Assembly (NCBI GenBank): GCA_943370355.1
Contig: CALRQP020000008.1
Location: forward strand, 53,222 to 117,221
DNA length: 64,000 nucleotides
DNA from: Sphingomonas paucimobilis
Lineage (GTDB): Bacteria; Pseudomonadota; Alphaproteobacteria; Sphingomonadales; Sphingomonadaceae
Direction of reading: 5' to 3'
Every line of letters starts with the position of its first letter. Position 1 is the first letter of the stretch. The position numbers were made by a program, and so were the translations under genes. Shown here piece by piece: positions 7,750 through 16,754 of this stretch. Below the pieces are notes generated by a model. The model was given only the letters and a program-made list of their open reading frames with translations. It was not told the origin of the DNA and did no database searches.

Positions 7750-9008
7750 CCGATCCAGTCGCGACGCAGCGGCTTGACGGCCAGCGCCATCAGCAGTGCG
7801 GCCAGCCCATAGAGACCGAGCGAGGCCACGAACGCGACGCGCAGCGACTCGTCGCCGAACTGCGGCGCGAGCCAGTCGGACAATTTGCCGAGGAAGAAGG
7901 TGCCGCCGCCAAGCCCGATCAGATTGTTGATCAGCAGGAAGCAGGCCGACGCCGTCGCGCGCATCGGCGGCGGCACCAGATGCTGGACGGCCGAGATCAC
8001 CGGCCCGAGCCAGACATAGGCGAGGCCCTGCGGGATCAGGAACAGCAGGAACGCCGCCTGCGCCGAATGCGACAGCGCACCGGCGGCGAACAGCGGCGCG
8101 GCACCGAGGAAGGCGATGGCCGGAAGCTTGGCATAAGCACCCCGGTCGCCCTGGCCGAGCCGGTCGCCGAGCCAGCCGCCGCCAAGCACCCCCGCAATGC
8201 CGCCCAGCAGCAGGATCGCGCCATAGAAGCGCGAGGTGTCGATCAGGTCGAGCCCGAAGCTGCGCTGCATGAGCGACGGCAGCCAGAAGGCGAGGCCGTA
8301 GCCGAGCATCGAGCTCGACGCGGCGCCGAACGACAGCAGCCAGAAGCTGCGCTTGCCGGCCAGCAACCGCGCGACCTCCGCGAAGCGGGGTTTTGCGACC
8401 GTGGGCGCAACCGGCCGGTCGCGAACCAGCAGGCCGAACAGCGGGGCGAGCAGCGCACCGGCAATGCCAACCGCGAGGAAAGCGGCGCGCCAATCGACGC
8501 GCGCTGCCAGATAGCCGCCGAACAACACGCCCGCCGCCGAGCCGAGTGGGATGCCCAGCGAATAGACCGACAGCGCCCGCGCCTGCTCGCGCGGCGGGAA
8601 CGCCCCGGCGATCACGGCATAGGAAGGTGCCACGCCGCCCGCCTCGCCGATGCCAACCCCGAGGCGGCACAGGAACAATTGCACGAAACTCGTTGCGAGC
8701 CCGCACAGCGCGGTGAAGCCGCTCCAGACGGCGAGCGAAATCGCGATGACCCGGCTGCGCCCGGTCCGGTCCGCCAGCGCCGCCAGAGGCACTGCGAGCG
8801 TCGAGTAGAGCAGCGCGAAGGCGATGCCGCCGAGCAGGCCCAGCTGGCCGTCGCTGAGGTTCAGCTCCGCCTTGATCGGCCCGGCGAGGATGCCGAGGAT
8901 CTGCCGGTCGATGAAGTTGAAGGTGTAGACGGCCAGCAGCGCCGCCAGCACGACATAACGGTGGCGGGCCGGGCCAGCGGCGGTCGTCTCCGCTGGCCCG
9001 GTCGTCAC
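7746..9008 (-). CDS. MFS transporter
   Basis: 420 aa with about 12 hydrophobic segments and an MFS loop motif (ALADRTGRSRV). GTG start. Its 3' end overlaps the DUF484 stop by 4 nt. Confidence 0.9.
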   Translation of the reverse strand: MTTGPAETTAAGPARHRYVVLAALLAVYTFNFIDRQILGILAGPIKAELNLSDGQLGLLGGIAFALLYSTLAVPLAALADRTGRSRVIAISLAVWSGFTALCGLATSFVQLFLCRLGVGIGEAGGVAPSYAVIAGAFPPREQARALSVYSLGIPLGSAAGVLFGGYLAARVDWRAAFLAVGIAGALLAPLFGLLVRDRPVAPTVAKPRFAEVARLLAGKRSFWLLSFGAASSSMLGYGLAFWLPSLMQRSFGLDLIDTSRFYGAILLLGGIAGVLGGGWLGDRLGQGDRGAYAKLPAIAFLGAAPLFAAGALSHSAQAAFLLFLIPQGLAYVWLGPVISAVQHLVPPPMRATASACFLLINNLIGLGGGTFFLGKLSDWLAPQFGDESLRVAFVASLGLYGLAALLMALAVKPLRRDWIG

Positions 9009-9010
9009 GC

Positions 9011-11359
9011 TCAGAACTTGAAGCCGAGCGTCGCGAACACCTGGCGCGGTGCGCCATAATAGGCCGTCAGCACGCCTTCACGGCCGAGCGACGGCACGAA
9101 CACACCCGCCGCATTTTTCGCGCCGAACACATAGCCCGAGGTCTTGTAGCGCACATTGGCGAGGTTCTTGCCGTGCACCGCCAGCGACCAGCGGTCCGAG
9201 TCCGACCGCCAGCCGATCGACGCATCGATCAGCTCATAAGACGGCTGATCGAGCGCGCCGGCGACTTCGAACTGGTTGGTCAGGCTCTTGTAGGAAATGC
9301 TCGGCGAGATATCGAGCATGCCGGGTCCGACCAGCGTCATCGGCAGCGACACCGTCAGCGTCGCGCTGCCCGTATATTTCGGCGTATTCTGGAACACGCG
9401 CTGCGACGCGACATCGGCCCCCGTCGGCCCGATGTAGGTCTTGTACTTCGGGTTGATGTAGCCAAACGACATCCCGAAATTGATCGCCGAACCTGCGCCG
9501 GCAAAGTCGCGCGCGACCTTGGCGAGGCCTTCGATCTCGATGCCGTTGAGCGTCGCCTTGGCGGCATTGGTGGTGACGCCAACGAACGTCTCGTTGATGC
9601 CGTCGCCGTTCGAGTCGAAGCCGAACGAGCCCGGGACCTGGACGTTCTTATAGTCCGAATGGAAGGCCGCGATGCTGAAGTTCAGCCGGTGGTCGAGCGT
9701 GCTCGCCTTCCAGCCGATCTCGTAGCTGTCGACGGTCTCGGGATCGAAGGACAGGAAGTCGTAGATTTCCTGTGGATCCTTGACGCCGTTGCGGTTGGTG
9801 TCGGGCGCTGCCGTGGTCAGGCCGCGCGGATCGAAACCGCCGCCCTTGAAGCCCTGCGAATAGCTCGCATAGACGGTGTGGTCCGGCGTGATCTTGAAGC
9901 TCGCCGAGGCGCGCGGGGTGAAGTCCTTGAAGGTCGCGCGGCCATCGAAGTTGGAGGTCAGCCCACCCAGCTGCGTGCCTGCACCGCCGAGCGCCGGCGA
10001 TGCGCCGCCGATCAGATTCTTGCGGATGATGATCGAGTGGCGCTTGTCATTCGTGTAGCGACCGCCCGCCGAAATGCTGAACCGGTCGGTCAGGTCGTAG
10101 GTGAAGTCGCCGAAGAAGCTGTAGGTCTTGGTATCGACATCGCCATAGGTGCTCGCGGTGAAGCCGGGCAGGCCGAGCAGCGCGCCCGTCGTTCCGAGAA
10201 CCACGTCGAAAATATTGTTGGCATTGGCGTTCAAATAATAGACGCCGACGAGGCCGTTCAGCTTCTCGCTCGAATAGGCAATCTGCGCCTCTTCCGAGAA
10301 TTGGTGGTTCTTGTAGATCGCCGGGACGTCGACGTCCTGCGCGGGCAGGCTGTCGAAGTCGATCGGCGTGGAGGTCTTGTCCTTGCGATAGGCGATGATG
10401 TTCTTGAGAGTGAACGCATCGCTGAGCTTCAGCTGCGCGGTCAGCGCGCCGCCATAGGCCTTCACATCCTGATGCGGCGTGTCGAGTCCGGCGCGCGTGT
10501 CATAGACATTGGCGAGCACCGGTGCGCCCGACAGGCCGCCCGGGATCAGGCGGTGGCCCTGCTTGGGATCGCTATTGTCCTTCAGATAGTCTCCGGTAAC
10601 GCGGAAGCTCAGCGTCTCGCTGGCATCGAACTCGCCGGTGGCACGAACCGCCCAGATATCCTTGTTGTAATTCTCGCGGTTCGGCAGGTTCAGATTGTCG
10701 CCGAAGCCACCTCGGCTGAGGCGGGCACCCGTCACGCCGACGCGCACGCCGGGGGTCAGCGATGTCGAGGCGCTGACGACGGCGTCGGCTTCCTTGTAAT
10801 TGCCGCCGGTCAGGCGAACGCTGAGTTCGGGATCGTCCGACAGCCGCTTGGTCACATATTTGATCGCGCCGCCGATGGTGTTGCGGCCGTAGAGCGTGCC
10901 CTGCGGCCCGCGCAGCACTTCGATGCGCTGCACGTCGAGCACTTCGAGCACGGCGGCCTGAGGACGGTTCAGATAGACATCGTCGATATAGATGCCGACG
11001 CCAGCCTCGAAGCCTGCAACCGGGTCCTGCTGGCCGATGCCGCGGATGAAGGCCGAAAGCGTGTTGTTGGAGCCGCGCGTCGGCTCGAGCGTCAGGTTCG
11101 GGACGGTTTCGGCGACCTCGGTGATTTCCTGCACGCCGGCCGCTTCGAGCTGGGCACCGCTGAACGCGGTTACGGCGATCGGCACGTCCTTGAGGCTTTC
11201 CTCGCGGCGGCGCGCGGTGACGACGATATCGTCGTCGCTTGTCGAAACAGCTTCGGCGCTTGCCGTCGTCTGTGCGGTTACGACCTGTGACGAGGCGAGC
11301 GCGCCCAAGACAACGCTGGCCTGAACGAGCGTGCGAATCGAGAATATGCGCGGTGTCAT
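9011..11359 (-). CDS. TonB-dependent receptor
   Basis: 782 aa from ATG 11359; ORF 9011..11965 continues upstream but that part is not protein-like. It has a signal peptide, a plug (DIVVTARRREESLKDVPIAVTAF) and a C-terminal ATLGFKF. Confidence 0.9.
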   Translation of the reverse strand: MTPRIFSIRTLVQASVVLGALASSQVVTAQTTASAEAVSTSDDDIVVTARRREESLKDVPIAVTAFSGAQLEAAGVQEITEVAETVPNLTLEPTRGSNNTLSAFIRGIGQQDPVAGFEAGVGIYIDDVYLNRPQAAVLEVLDVQRIEVLRGPQGTLYGRNTIGGAIKYVTKRLSDDPELSVRLTGGNYKEADAVVSASTSLTPGVRVGVTGARLSRGGFGDNLNLPNRENYNKDIWAVRATGEFDASETLSFRVTGDYLKDNSDPKQGHRLIPGGLSGAPVLANVYDTRAGLDTPHQDVKAYGGALTAQLKLSDAFTLKNIIAYRKDKTSTPIDFDSLPAQDVDVPAIYKNHQFSEEAQIAYSSEKLNGLVGVYYLNANANNIFDVVLGTTGALLGLPGFTASTYGDVDTKTYSFFGDFTYDLTDRFSISAGGRYTNDKRHSIIIRKNLIGGASPALGGAGTQLGGLTSNFDGRATFKDFTPRASASFKITPDHTVYASYSQGFKGGGFDPRGLTTAAPDTNRNGVKDPQEIYDFLSFDPETVDSYEIGWKASTLDHRLNFSIAAFHSDYKNVQVPGSFGFDSNGDGINETFVGVTTNAAKATLNGIEIEGLAKVARDFAGAGSAINFGMSFGYINPKYKTYIGPTGADVASQRVFQNTPKYTGSATLTVSLPMTLVGPGMLDISPSISYKSLTNQFEVAGALDQPSYELIDASIGWRSDSDRWSLAVHGKNLANVRYKTSGYVFGAKNAAGVFVPSLGREGVLTAYYGAPRQVFATLGFKF

Positions 11360-11422
11360 GATATGATCCCCCTGACGGCTGAACTTACGCGTGGCTTGTG
11401 CCTCGTTGCGGCCGTGACTAAT

Positions 11423-11448
11423 GAAACATGAACCAAGTTTCAACTTGG
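11423..11448. promoter_or_regulatory. overlapping dyads; candidate TetR operator in the divergent promoter region
   Basis: CCAAGTTTCAACTTGG is a perfect 6+4+6 palindrome (11433..11448). It overlaps GAAAC-N9-GTTTC (11423..11441) and lies 20 nt upstream of the tetR-family ATG. Confidence 0.4.
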
Positions 11449-11467
11449 AAGCGGCGAGGGGCAGGGA

Positions 11468-12094
11468 ATGGCGGATGGGCGTGGTGCGGCGGCAACAGTC
11501 GCCGATGAGGTCAAGACACCGCGTACCGAGCGGGGACGGCGGACCCTGCGGCTGATTCTCGACGCGGCGGCCCTGGAGTTCGGGGAGCGCGGTTTCCACG
11601 ACGCTGCAATCACACGCATCACGGCGCGGGCGGGCGTCGCGCTCGGCACCTTCTACACCTATTTCGACTCCAAGGACGCGGTGTTCCGTGCGCTCGTAAA
11701 GGATATGTCCCGGCAGGTTCGCGAAACCGCGGGCCCCGCGATCCTCAACGCCCCGGACCGGCTGACCGGCGAGCGGCAGGGCCTGCAGGCCTTCCTCGAA
11801 TTCGTCCGCCACCACAAGGAACTCTACCGCATCCTCGACGAGGCCGAGTTCGTCGACGCACCGAGCTGGCGGGCGCATTATGAGACGACCGTGGAGGGCT
11901 ATGTCGCGAGCCTGACCGCCGCCGCAGCCAAGGGCGAGGTACGTGCCGACGTGGGCGAAGTGCACGCCTGGGCGATCGTCGGGATCAACGTCTTTCTGGG
12001 GCTCCGCTACGGCGTCTGGCGGCAGGATGAGCCGATCGCCGAGATCGCGCGCATCGCCAATGACATGCTCGTCGACGGCTTGAAACCGCGCTGA
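11468..12094 (+). CDS. TetR/AcrR family transcriptional regulator
   Basis: 208 aa with the HTH block AAALEFGERGFHDAAITRITARAGVALGTFYTYFDSKDAVF. Confidence 0.9.
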   Translation: MADGRGAAATVADEVKTPRTERGRRTLRLILDAAALEFGERGFHDAAITRITARAGVALGTFYTYFDSKDAVFRALVKDMSRQVRETAGPAILNAPDRLTGERQGLQAFLEFVRHHKELYRILDEAEFVDAPSWRAHYETTVEGYVASLTAAAAKGEVRADVGEVHAWAIVGINVFLGLRYGVWRQDEPIAEIARIANDMLVDGLKPR

Positions 12095-12132
12095 GGCTTT
12101 TCGGGGCGGGCCTGGCGGCGCATGGTAGTGCC

Positions 12133-13056
12133 GTGACCGACCTGCCCGACCATCCCGCGCAAGCGCTCGCTGCCGAGTGGCGCACGAGCCTGCAGCATCA
12201 GCGGCGCCTGTCGCCGCATACCGTCAAAGCCTATGGCAACACCGCTTTCGCATTCCTTGCCTTTGCTGGGACGCATCTGGGGCGCCGGGTGGATGCAACG
12301 GCGCTTGGCGGGCTGACCCTCACCGATTTCCGCGCCTATCTCGCCGCGCGGCGCGAGAGCGGGCTGGCGAATGCATCGATCGCGCGCGAGGTCTCGGCGC
12401 TGCGCACCTGGTTCGACTGGCTTGGGACGCAGCATGGCGTGACCTGCAACGCGATAGGCACGCTCAAATCCCCCCGCCTGCCGCGCCGCGTGCCGCGACC
12501 GCTCGCCCCGGCCGACGCGGCCGCGGTGGCGGGAGAGGCGGCCGACAATGCCCGCGAGCCGTGGATCGCTGCCCGCGACACCGCCATCCTGCTGCTGCTC
12601 TATGGCGGCGGCCTGCGCGTCGCTGAGGCGCTGTCGCTCGACGGTGGCATGCTGCCGCTCGGCGACACGCTGACGGTCACCGGCAAGCGCAATAAGACGC
12701 GCATCGTGCCGCTGCTCCCCGTCGTCCGCGCTGCGATCGAGGACTATGCCCGGCAGACCCCTTGGCCGCCGGCGCGCGGCGAAGCGCTGTTTCGCGGCGC
12801 GCGCGGCGGTCCGCTCGACTCAGGCTTGGTGCGGAAAGCCATGCGCATGGCGCGCGCGGGACTCGGCCTGCCGCCGAGCGCGACGCCGCACGCGCTGCGC
12901 CACAGTTTCGCGACGCACCTGCTCGGCCGAGGTGCCGACCTGCGCGCGATCCAGGAACTGCTCGGCCACGCCAGCCTGTCCTCGACGCAGATCTACACCG
13001 CCGTCGATGCGGCCCAGCTCATGGACGTCTATCGCAACGCGCACCCGCGCGCCTAG
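12133..13056 (+). CDS. xerC: tyrosine recombinase XerC
   Basis: 307 aa with a SAM-like N-domain and catalytic blocks (HALRHSFATHLL, GHASLSSTQIYT). GTG start. XerC versus XerD is not certain from sequence alone. Confidence 0.8.
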   Translation: MTDLPDHPAQALAAEWRTSLQHQRRLSPHTVKAYGNTAFAFLAFAGTHLGRRVDATALGGLTLTDFRAYLAARRESGLANASIAREVSALRTWFDWLGTQHGVTCNAIGTLKSPRLPRRVPRPLAPADAAAVAGEAADNAREPWIAARDTAILLLLYGGGLRVAEALSLDGGMLPLGDTLTVTGKRNKTRIVPLLPVVRAAIEDYARQTPWPPARGEALFRGARGGPLDSGLVRKAMRMARAGLGLPPSATPHALRHSFATHLLGRGADLRAIQELLGHASLSSTQIYTAVDAAQLMDVYRNAHPRA

Positions 13057-13086
13057 GCGCGGGTGCCGGGGACGTCGCTCTCCCCC

Positions 13087-13599
13087 TCAGTCGGCACCAG
13101 CCAGTTCAGCCAGCTTGGCCACCGTATTCATGTTGCGGGCGGTGCCCGTCTTCGCCGCCGGGATGCGCAGTTTCGAGTCTGCGATCCCATCGCCGTAAGC
13201 GACGTAAATCTCTCGCTTTCCCAGCGCGATGTCTTCATCCCTGCGACCAGCGACAGTCTCAAGCGCATCAACGGCGGGCGGCGCATCCAGAAAGATCGCG
13301 ACGGTGCGGTTCGGCGGCCTGTCCGCGAACGGACTGTCGGTGAGCACCTGCGCCATTTCGGCCGCCGTGCGAACCGCGACGCCAATCGGCTTGCCGGCAT
13401 GTTCGGCCAAGGCGCGCTCAAGCACCGACTTGATGCCGGTCTCGTCCAAATCGCTGTCGAACAGCAGGTTGCCGCTGGCGATATAGGTCCGCACCTTCTG
13501 GAAGCCCGCAGCGACCGCAAGCGCCTTCAGGTCGGCCATGGGAAGCTTGCTCGTCCCACCGACATTAACGGCACGGAGCAAGGCGACATAGCGTGTCAC
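13087..13599 (-). CDS. DUF1697 domain protein
   Basis: 170 aa. The N-terminus (MTRYVALLRAVNVGG) and the length are typical of DUF1697. Confidence 0.85.
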   Translation of the reverse strand: MTRYVALLRAVNVGGTSKLPMADLKALAVAAGFQKVRTYIASGNLLFDSDLDETGIKSVLERALAEHAGKPIGVAVRTAAEMAQVLTDSPFADRPPNRTVAIFLDAPPAVDALETVAGRRDEDIALGKREIYVAYGDGIADSKLRIPAAKTGTARNMNTVAKLAELAGAD

Positions 13600-14552
13600 T
13601 TAGCGGCGCGGCGTGCCTCGATCGCGTCCCAGATCCGGCCCGGCGTGTCCGTTCCGTTGAACCGGTCGATCGCAACGATGCCGGTCGGCGAGGTCACGTT
13701 GATCTCGGTCAGATAGCCCGCGATGACGTCGATCCCGACGAACACCAGCCCGCGCGACTTGAGCGCCGGCCCGATCCGCGCGCAGATTTCCTGCTCGCGT
13801 GCCGTAAGCTCCGTCTCATGGGCGCTGCCACCGGCGGCTAGATTGCTGCGAATTTCACCGGTCTTCGGCAGGCGATTGATCGCGCCCGCCGGCTCGCCAT
13901 CGACGAGCACGATGCGCTTATCGCCCGCGCTCACGTCGGGCAGGAACTTCTGCACCATGAACGGTTCGCGCCACACGTCGCTGAACAGTTCGACGAGCGC
14001 CGGCAGGTTCGCGTCCGCCTTGGCGATGTGAAATACCGCCGACCCGGCATTGCCATAGAGCGGTTTCACGACGATCTCGCCATGCTGCGCACGGAAGTCC
14101 ATCGCCTCGTCGAGACGCCGCGTAACCAGCGTTGGCGGCATGAGGTCGCCGAAGCCAAGCACGAACAGCTTCTCCGGCGCATTCCGCACTTCGCCCGGAT
14201 CGTTGACGACGAGCGCACCTTGGCCCTGCGCGATCTCGAGCAGATGGGTCGCGGTGATATAGGCCATGTCGAACGGCGGATCCTGCCGCATCAGCACGAC
14301 ATCGATGTCGGAACCAAGGTCGAGAGTCTCAGGCTCGGCCTCCCAGCGGAAATGGTCGCCCGCGACACGCTGCACGCTCAGCCGCCGCGCCTTCGCGAGC
14401 ACCCGGCCCTCGCGCCACGACAGGCCATGCGTTGTATAATGCCAGAGACTATGCCCGCGCGCCTGCGCCGACAACATGAGCGCAAAGCTCGAATCGCCCG
14501 CAATGCCGATGCCCTCGATCGGGTCCATCTGCACTGCCACCCGCAAGGCCAT
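13596..14552 (-). CDS. gshB: glutathione synthetase (ATP-grasp)
   Basis: ORF 13596..14567, ATG at 14552. Blocks: VLMRQDPPFD, VVKPLYGNAGSAVF, GEIRSNLAAGG. Confidence 0.9.
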   Translation of the reverse strand: MALRVAVQMDPIEGIGIAGDSSFALMLSAQARGHSLWHYTTHGLSWREGRVLAKARRLSVQRVAGDHFRWEAEPETLDLGSDIDVVLMRQDPPFDMAYITATHLLEIAQGQGALVVNDPGEVRNAPEKLFVLGFGDLMPPTLVTRRLDEAMDFRAQHGEIVVKPLYGNAGSAVFHIAKADANLPALVELFSDVWREPFMVQKFLPDVSAGDKRIVLVDGEPAGAINRLPKTGEIRSNLAAGGSAHETELTAREQEICARIGPALKSRGLVFVGIDVIAGYLTEINVTSPTGIVAIDRFNGTDTPGRIWDAIEARRAAK

Positions 14553-14583
14553 TCCCGTCCCCTTCACGGGGCGCGAACGCCCC

Positions 14584-15390
14584 TTATTGCGTGCGCGCCA
14601 GCGCCGTCAGTGCGGTGCGGATGCGCGCGGTCAGCATCTTGTCGCGCGTCGTCTCCATCATCGCGAGCAGCGACGCGCGGGCTTCCGAGACACGGCCGGT
14701 CAGCTGTTCTAGCCGCGCCCGCTCCCACCAAAGCCCCGTAAAGCCCGGCGCAAGGCTTGTCATCCGCTCGTGCAGTTCGAGCGCCCGCTGTGTGTCGCCG
14801 CCACGGCGCGCCCGCGTTGCCTGATTGGTCAGCAAGCGCACCAGCACGGACCGGTTGCTGAGCGGCACCAAATGCTCGGCCTCAACCGTCGCATGATTTC
14901 CAAGGATGCGCGTCAGCAACACCTCCAGCGCCCGCGCGTCCAAAATCCGGCCCCGGTCGAACGGATCGACAATGACGGACAGCGGCTCCCGGCCCAGCCG
15001 GACCAGCACATGGCCTGGAACGTTGAGCGGATCCGCCGTCCAGCCCGCGCGGCGCGCCAGCGCGACATAGAGGATCGACAGCGTGACCGGCAGCCCGCGC
15101 CGCCGCTCGAGCAGCCGCATCAGATTGGCATTGGCCGGATCGTCATAATGTTCCGAATCGCCGATGATGCCATTCTCGCTGGCGATGACCTGTGACAGCA
15201 GCGCGGCCTGTTCGGACGGCGTCGTCGCGGTCGACGCCAGCGCCGCCAGCCGTGCCGCCAGTGCGTCAATGCGGTTGCGGTGTTCAGCCAGGTCGGCATC
15301 GGGATTGTCGAGCGCCGCAAGCGTCAGCGCTGCGTCGTCGAGGGCAATATCCTCGTCGTCGAGGAGGCCGATCCGCTCGATGGCATTCAT
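14584..15390 (-). CDS. SirB1/YchA-like protein (transglutaminase-like N-domain plus TPR)
   Basis: ORF 14584..15402, ATG at 15390. Contains PVTLSILYVALARRAGW...NVPGHVLVRL and a TPR-like C-terminus. Confidence 0.75.
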   Translation of the reverse strand: MNAIERIGLLDDEDIALDDAALTLAALDNPDADLAEHRNRIDALAARLAALASTATTPSEQAALLSQVIASENGIIGDSEHYDDPANANLMRLLERRRGLPVTLSILYVALARRAGWTADPLNVPGHVLVRLGREPLSVIVDPFDRGRILDARALEVLLTRILGNHATVEAEHLVPLSNRSVLVRLLTNQATRARRGGDTQRALELHERMTSLAPGFTGLWWERARLEQLTGRVSEARASLLAMMETTRDKMLTARIRTALTALARTQ

Positions 15391-15391
15391 G

Positions 15392-15745
15392 TCAGTCTCC
15401 AAGCCAGGCGCCTTCTACATGTACGGGCAACCTCCACGGCCGGATGAAGACCGCATCGAATCGCGCCGAGTCATTTCGCCGGAGATAACGCGCCAAAATG
15501 AAATTGGACGCACGCGCAATGCGGCGCGTGCCACGCACCGTCAGCGCCTCCGCCGCCCCGCGCATGTCGCCGCGCGCCTTCACCTCGATGAACACCACCT
15601 GCCGCCCCCGCCGCGCAACGAGATCGATCTCGCCGGCGGGCGTGCGAACGCGGCGAGCGAGAATGCGATAGCCCTTCAGCTGCAGCCACAGCGCCGCAAG
15701 AGCCTCAGCCCGCCGGCCCCAACTCTCGGCCCGCTCGCGCTTCAT
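15392..15745 (-). CDS. yraN: YraN family (UPF0102) endonuclease-like protein
   Basis: 117 aa with the GEIDLVARRGRQVVFIEVKAR core. Confidence 0.85.
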   Translation of the reverse strand: MKRERAESWGRRAEALAALWLQLKGYRILARRVRTPAGEIDLVARRGRQVVFIEVKARGDMRGAAEALTVRGTRRIARASNFILARYLRRNDSARFDAVFIRPWRLPVHVEGAWLGD

Positions 15746-15766
15746 GCGCGGTACGTCTCAATGATT

Positions 15767-15882
15767 GGCGTCCCCTCCCCTTGGGGAGGGGCAGGGGTGG
15801 GCCCTTCAACGCACCTCAATCCTAACGAAGTTGCCGGTCGAGTTGCCCACCCCTGACCCCTCCCCAATGGGGAGGGGACGCC
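15767..15882. repeat. nested-palindrome intergenic repeat (two 36-38-nt inverted arms, each containing its own hairpin)
   Basis: The left arm GGCGTCCCCTCCCCTTGGGGAGGGGCAGGGGTGGGC (15767..15802) is near-perfectly complementary to the right arm GCCCACCCCTGACCCCTCCCCAATGGGGAGGGGACGCC (15845..15882). Each arm holds CCCCTCCCC-loop-GGGGAGGGG. Confidence 0.85.
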
Positions 15883-15896
15883 CAGGGCAGACACAG

Positions 15897-16745
15897 TCAC
15901 TCCGCCCCTCGCAACTCCAGCGCCCGCGCGTAAACCTGCTTCCGCGGCAGATCGAGCATGGCCGCCACTTCCGCGACAGCCGACTTCAACGGCTGCGCCG
16001 CCATCGCCGCGACCAGCGCCGTATCGAGATCAGCCGCGCTCGCCGGTGCCGCGTCAGCAGGCGGGCCGACGACAATCACGATCTCGCCTTTCGGATCGGC
16101 GGCCCCGGCATAGTGTCCGGCAAGGCCGCTCAACGTCCCGTCCACGGTTTCCTCAAACCGCTTGCTGATCTCACGCGCAACCGCCGCCGGGCGGTCGCCC
16201 AAGCCCGCGGCCAGAGCCGCCAGCGACTCCGCCAGCCGATGACCCGATTCGTAAAACACCAAAGTGGCGCGGATTCCCGCCACCTCGGCAATTGCCTCAG
16301 CGCGCGCCTTCGCCTTCGACGGCAGAAATCCCGCAAACAGGAACCGGTCGGTTGGCAGCCCCGCGAGCGTCAAGGCCGCTACCGCCGCACAGGGCCCCGG
16401 CAGCGTCGTCACGGCCAGTCCCGCCGCCCGCGCATCGCGCACCAGCTTGTAACCCGGATCGGAAATCAGCGGCGTCCCGGCATCCGAAACCAGCGCCACA
16501 GCTTCCCCCGCCATCCGCGCGAGCAGGCGCGGCCGCACCGCATCGGCATTATGGTCGTGATAGGGGGTCATTGCGGCGGTGGAACCGATGTGCCGCAGGA
16601 GCTTTGCAGTGACACGGGTGTCCTCGCAGGCGACCAGCGTCACGCGCGACAGGACATCGGCCGCCCGGGCCGTCAGGTCGCCGAGATTGCCGATGGGCGT
16701 CGCGACGATGTAAAGGCCCGGCGGCAGCGGATCGGGAGACGGCAT
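15897..16745 (-). CDS. rsmI: 16S rRNA (cytidine1402-2'-O)-methyltransferase
   Basis: ORF 15897..16934, ATG at 16745. Blocks: LYIVATPIGNLGDLT, ACEDTR, DAGTPLISDPG. Confidence 0.9.
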   Translation of the reverse strand: MPSPDPLPPGLYIVATPIGNLGDLTARAADVLSRVTLVACEDTRVTAKLLRHIGSTAAMTPYHDHNADAVRPRLLARMAGEAVALVSDAGTPLISDPGYKLVRDARAAGLAVTTLPGPCAAVAALTLAGLPTDRFLFAGFLPSKAKARAEAIAEVAGIRATLVFYESGHRLAESLAALAAGLGDRPAAVAREISKRFEETVDGTLSGLAGHYAGAADPKGEIVIVVGPPADAAPASAADLDTALVAAMAAQPLKSAVAEVAAMLDLPRKQVYARALELRGAE

Positions 16746-16754
16746 TTGAGCATC

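Noticed and set aside
15765-16754. 330-codon N-terminal extension of the lpoA-like ORF (15765..18014), and extension of the PspC ORF back to 19056.
   Set aside because: The extensions run antisense through rsmI or through intergenic DNA, are Arg/Pro-rich, and precede obvious signal-peptide or domain starts with their own ATG.
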